This document shows positions 17,006 to 20,179 of a stretch of 20,179 nucleotides of DNA, one piece after another. Every line of letters starts with the position of its first letter. Positions within the stretch are counted from its first letter, which is position 1. The notes beneath the pieces were generated by a model. The model did not search any database. It was not told the DNA's origin and was given only the letters and a program-made list of their open reading frames with translations. The translations under genes were made by a program, and so were the position numbers. The DNA comes from Chthoniobacteraceae bacterium (GTDB lineage: Bacteria; Verrucomicrobiota; Verrucomicrobiia; Chthoniobacterales; Chthoniobacteraceae): the NCBI GenBank assembly GCA_031409335.1, contig JANNWY010000266.1, positions 1 through 20,179 on the forward strand, read 5' to 3'.

Positions 17006-17902
17006 ATGGCAAAAGTCGCACTCGGAAAAGGCCTCGGCGCCCTCATCAAAACGCACGTCGTTTCGCCGATGCCCGCCATCGAAAACGGCGAACGGGTGCA
17101 GCTCACGGCCCTCGCGGAAATCATCGCGTCACCGCTTCAGCCGCGGATGCATTTTACGGAAACGGCGATCGACGAGCTGGTGGAAAGCATCAAGCAGCAC
17201 GGGATCATCCAGCCTTTGATCGTGCGCCGGCGCGGCGCGCATTTCGAACTCATCGCCGGGGAACGCCGGTGGCGCGCGGCGATGCGGCTCGGGCTCGCGG
17301 AAGCGCCGATCATCGTGCGCGAGGCGTCCGATCAGGACGTGCTGGAACTCGCGCTGATCGAGAATCTTCAACGCGAGGATCTCAACGCGATCGAAGAGGC
17401 GCGGGCATTTGCGCGGCTGGCGCGGGAGTTTGGATTGCGGCAGGAGGACATCGCGCAAAAAGTCGGCAAAAGCCGCGCCGCCGTGGCCAACAGCATGCGG
17501 CTGCTCGATCTCGCCGAGCAGGTGCAAAGCTGGCTCACGCAGGATCGGATTTCTGTCGGACACGCGAAGGTGCTGCTTTCCATCAAATCGCACGATGAGC
17601 AGTCGCTGATCGCGGAGGAAGTGATCCGCCGCGGCTTGACGGTGCGCGGCGCGGAGCAGCTCGTCGTCCGGCATTTTTCGGAGAACGGAGTCGCCAAGCC
17701 GAAACGCGGCCAGACGAGTGGGGCGACGCCATCGCTGGCGCCCGCCGTGTTGCGCGTGCAAAATCATCTTCAGCGGCACTTCGCCACGCACGTCGCCATC
17801 CACCACGGGGAAAAACGAGGACGGATCGAGATTGAATATTACGGAAACGATGACCTGCAGCGGATTCTCGACACGATCGGATTGCCGGCGGAGGAAGCGT
17901 GA
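17006..17902 (+). CDS. parB: Chromosome partitioning protein ParB/Spo0J
   Basis: MAKVALGKGLGALI N-terminus, GIIQPLIVR, LIAGERRWRAA (CTP motif), IENLQREDLNAIEEA, HTH QEDIAQKVGKSRAAVAN. The real start is 17006, not 16115. Confidence 0.96.
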   Translation: MAKVALGKGLGALIKTHVVSPMPAIENGERVQLTALAEIIASPLQPRMHFTETAIDELVESIKQHGIIQPLIVRRRGAHFELIAGERRWRAAMRLGLAEAPIIVREASDQDVLELALIENLQREDLNAIEEARAFARLAREFGLRQEDIAQKVGKSRAAVANSMRLLDLAEQVQSWLTQDRISVGHAKVLLSIKSHDEQSLIAEEVIRRGLTVRGAEQLVVRHFSENGVAKPKRGQTSGATPSLAPAVLRVQNHLQRHFATHVAIHHGEKRGRIEIEYYGNDDLQRILDTIGLPAEEA

Positions 17903-18933
17903 GGTTTTTCGATTTCAAACTTTCGATCTCAGATTTCAGATTGGTCGCCCTGGCAGCACTGTTCGCCCTGGCGGCGTGCGGTCGAAAATCCGCGCCGGGA
18001 GACGCGGTCGAAAAATCGCCCGGAAGCCCGGAGGCGCGGACCCGAGCGGCGAAACCCATGCCGGTGCCGCCGGAAAAGATTTGGGAACGGTTCTCGGGCG
18101 ATCGCGCGTTTGCCGATGTGCGGGCGCAGGTGGAAATCGGCCCGCGTCCGGCGGGTTCGGCTGAAATCGAAACGGCCCGCGCGCACATCACGTCCTCGCT
18201 TGAAGCCGCGAACTGGGTCGTCGAGCGGCAGGAATTCACCGGCCCGACTCCGCGCGGCGCGATCAAGTTTGTCAATCTGATCGGACGCTTCGCGATCGGA
18301 GGAGCGCGACCGGTTCCGACAAATACGCAGCGTGCCATCGTCTGCTCGCACTACGACACGAAACGCTTCAGCACGATCACCTTTGTCGGCGCCAGCGACG
18401 GCGCATCAAGCACTGGCGCGCTTTTGGAACTCGCGCGGGTCCTCGCGCTCGATCACGCGGTCGCTGCGCAAATCGAACTCGTCTTTTTCGACGGTGAAGA
18501 GGCGCTCGCGATCTTCTCCGACCCCGATGAAGCCAACGCCGACGGACTCTACGGCAGCCGCCACTACGCATTTCAGTTGCGCGATTCCGGGCGTGCGCGC
18601 CAGTTTCAGTTCGGCATTCTGTGGGACATGATCGGCGACAAGGATTTCGGCATCACCCTGCTGCCCGACTCGCCGAAGGAACTCTTGCGCGACATCCTCG
18701 CCAGCGCCGATGCGCTCGGCGTGCGGGAGAAATTCAGCATGTTCGACCGCCCGCTGCTCGACGACCACGTGCCGCTGAACCGATACGCCCGCATTCCCAC
18801 CATCGACCTGATCGACTTCGACTACTTCCCCTGGCACTCGGCCGACGACACCCTCGATAAACTCAGCCCCGCGAGCCTCCAGACGGTCGGAGCCGTCACG
18901 CTTTTTCACCTGAAAAAAGCGCTGGCAAAATAG
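17899..18933 (+). CDS. M28-fold lipoprotein, animal-type glutaminyl-peptide cyclotransferase-like
   Basis: Lipobox LAA|C (Cys27); motifs SHYDTK, FVGASDGAS, FFDGEEA, DGLYGSRH, DMIG, DDHVP and WHSADD. The start overlaps the parB stop (GTGA). Confidence 0.85.
   Translation: MRFFDFKLSISDFRLVALAALFALAACGRKSAPGDAVEKSPGSPEARTRAAKPMPVPPEKIWERFSGDRAFADVRAQVEIGPRPAGSAEIETARAHITSSLEAANWVVERQEFTGPTPRGAIKFVNLIGRFAIGGARPVPTNTQRAIVCSHYDTKRFSTITFVGASDGASSTGALLELARVLALDHAVAAQIELVFFDGEEALAIFSDPDEANADGLYGSRHYAFQLRDSGRARQFQFGILWDMIGDKDFGITLLPDSPKELLRDILASADALGVREKFSMFDRPLLDDHVPLNRYARIPTIDLIDFDYFPWHSADDTLDKLSPASLQTVGAVTLFHLKKALAK
17906..17940. repeat. Degenerate heptamer tandem x5 (TTTCAGA-like) in the signal-peptide n-region
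   Basis: ttttcga tttcaaa ctttcga tctcaga tttcaga. Confidence 0.65.
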
Positions 18934-19008
18934 TCGCACGAATCACTTGCCCCACTGCGGCAACGATGGTTTCATCCCGTCCCGGTTTTTGGAAAGAAAA
19001 CCCAGCAG

Positions 19009-19085
19009 GCACTCGTAGCTCAATTGGATAGAGCATCTGACTACGGATCAGAAGGTTCCGCGTTCGAGTCGCGGCGAGTGCACCA
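19009..19085 (+). tRNA. tRNA-Arg(ACG)
   Basis: GCACTCG TA GCTC AATTGGATA GAGC A TCTGA CTACGGA TCAGA AGGTT CCGCG TTCGAGT CGCGG CGAGTGC A CCA. Confidence 0.97.
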
Positions 19086-19374
19086 CTGAGCGCGGGGAAG
19101 CGCCGGTGTGAAAAAGTTTGCCCTTGCAATTTCCGGGCGTTTTGACGGTTTTCGTCCGGTCGTGAATGCTTTGGATTTCTTCACCCGGCGCGCGTGCGAT
19201 GACCGCCGCCAAAGCGCGGGATGCCGCGCCGACATGCGTGGGTTTTGAAAAAGTCTTCCTCTCCAAACGTGAGCGGCTCCGGCAATTCGTGGTGCGTGGG
19301 GAATTTTGCAGATGCACTTTTTCTTCACTCCATCGGGTTCCCGCACAGTGGCTTGATCCTCCAACAAGCGGCTT

Positions 19375-20178
19375 TCACGGCACCGGAATCATGCCCGGAA
19401 ACAGCCGTGCCTGCAGCATTATCAGCACGCCGACGAGCAGCGCGAGGGCGAGGCTGTGCCAGAAGACGGCGCGCAGGATCGCTCCGGCGCTGGGGCTGTC
19501 GGGATGGCCGCCAGTGGCGACGCTGGCGACGACGATGCTCTGCGCGTCGATCATTTTTCCCATCACGCCGCCGGAACTGTTCGCGGCGGCGGTGAGAATT
19601 GGCGAGATGCCGAGTTGTTCGGCGGTGACTTTTTGGAGGTTGCCGAAGAGCACGTTGGAAGAAGTGTCGCTGCCAGTCAGCGCGACGCCGAGCCAGCCAA
19701 TGAGCGGTGAGAAGAACGGGAACCAGTTCCCAGTATTCGCGAGCGCAAGGCCGAGTGTGGTATCGGTGCCCGAATAGCGCGTGGTGAAGCCGAGCGCGAG
19801 CATGAGTGCGATCGTGAGTAGCGAAACGCGCAGCCGCCACACGACGCGACCGTAGATGCGCGCGAGCGCCGCGAGTTTCATCCCGAGCAGGAGGCCGGCG
19901 GAGATGCCCGCGAAAAGCAGCGCGGTGCCGGTGGCGGCGAGCAGTTCGAATCTGAAAATCGCCGGCTCCGGCGACGCGACGGGCGCGACCGGCGGCACGC
20001 GGATCACCGCCTCGTGCAGCAGCGGCACCGCGTGTTTCCACGGCGCGAGCGCGATGAGCTGCGCCTTGATCGGCGCGATGCTCCAAGTCGCGACGAACAC
20101 GGAAAGCAGCAGCCACGGGAGCCACGCGCGGAAGGCAGCGGTCTTCGTTCGATGTTCGATGTTCGATGTTCGACGTTC
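19375..20178 (-). CDS. lctP: L-lactate/glycolate permease (LctP family), 5' truncated by window edge
   Basis: Frame is open to the window end; motifs [31 protein letters not shown] and [20 protein letters not shown]. Confidence 0.9.
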   Translation of the reverse strand, partial: ERRTSNIEHRTKTAAFRAWLPWLLLSVFVATWSIAPIKAQLIALAPWKHAVPLLHEAVIRVPPVAPVASPEPAIFRFELLAATGTALLFAGISAGLLLGMKLAALARIYGRVVWRLRVSLLTIALMLALGFTTRYSGTDTTLGLALANTGNWFPFFSPLIGWLGVALTGSDTSSNVLFGNLQKVTAEQLGISPILTAAANSSGGVMGKMIDAQSIVVASVATGGHPDSPSAGAILRAVFWHSLALALLVGVLIMLQARLFPGMIPVP

Positions 20179-20179
20179 G
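20147..20179. repeat. GTTCGAT heptamer tandem (at least 4.7 units) inside lctP
   Basis: gttcgat x3, gttcgac, gttcg; runs off the window end. Confidence 0.92.

Noticed and set aside
19041..19367. Minus-strand ORFs of 108 and 89 aa
   Set aside because: They overlap tRNA-Arg antisense and have no recognisable motifs.

Overview
GC-rich bacterial chromosome segment. The gene styles (CotH/LTD protein, PATR autotransporter with DGK linker) suggest Verrucomicrobia, possibly Chthoniobacter/Spartobacteria-like; this is inference. The first ~816 bp look like the right border of a tRNA-integrated island. They contain an IS630 transposase 3' end nested at a TA inside an IS5/IS1031-type element that the ORF track misses, the orphan 3' tail of the gene that IS5 element interrupted, and a displaced tRNA-like 3' fragment (putative att). 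The rest is mostly core or surface-related: a CotH/lamin-tail secreted protein, a hypothetical membrane protein, erpA/iscA, a stand-alone nuoBC pair behind a perfect Rex operator, a SAM methyltransferase, a ~1500-aa autotransporter with a 408-bp higher-order repeat, an SGNH hydrolase, an alkaline-phosphatase-superfamily protein, rpsT, tRNA(CAT), an LplA/LipM-like ligase, an orphan parB coupled to an animal-type glutaminyl-cyclase-like lipoprotein, tRNA-Arg(ACG) and a partial lactate permease. The most interesting signals are a possible Bacteroidetes-like 'Q-rule' pyroglutamylation system, Rex control of a split nuoBC unit, recurrent leaderless-type promoters and dispersed heptamer microrepeats entering coding sequence. 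All calls come from reading the sequence by eye; no searches were run.
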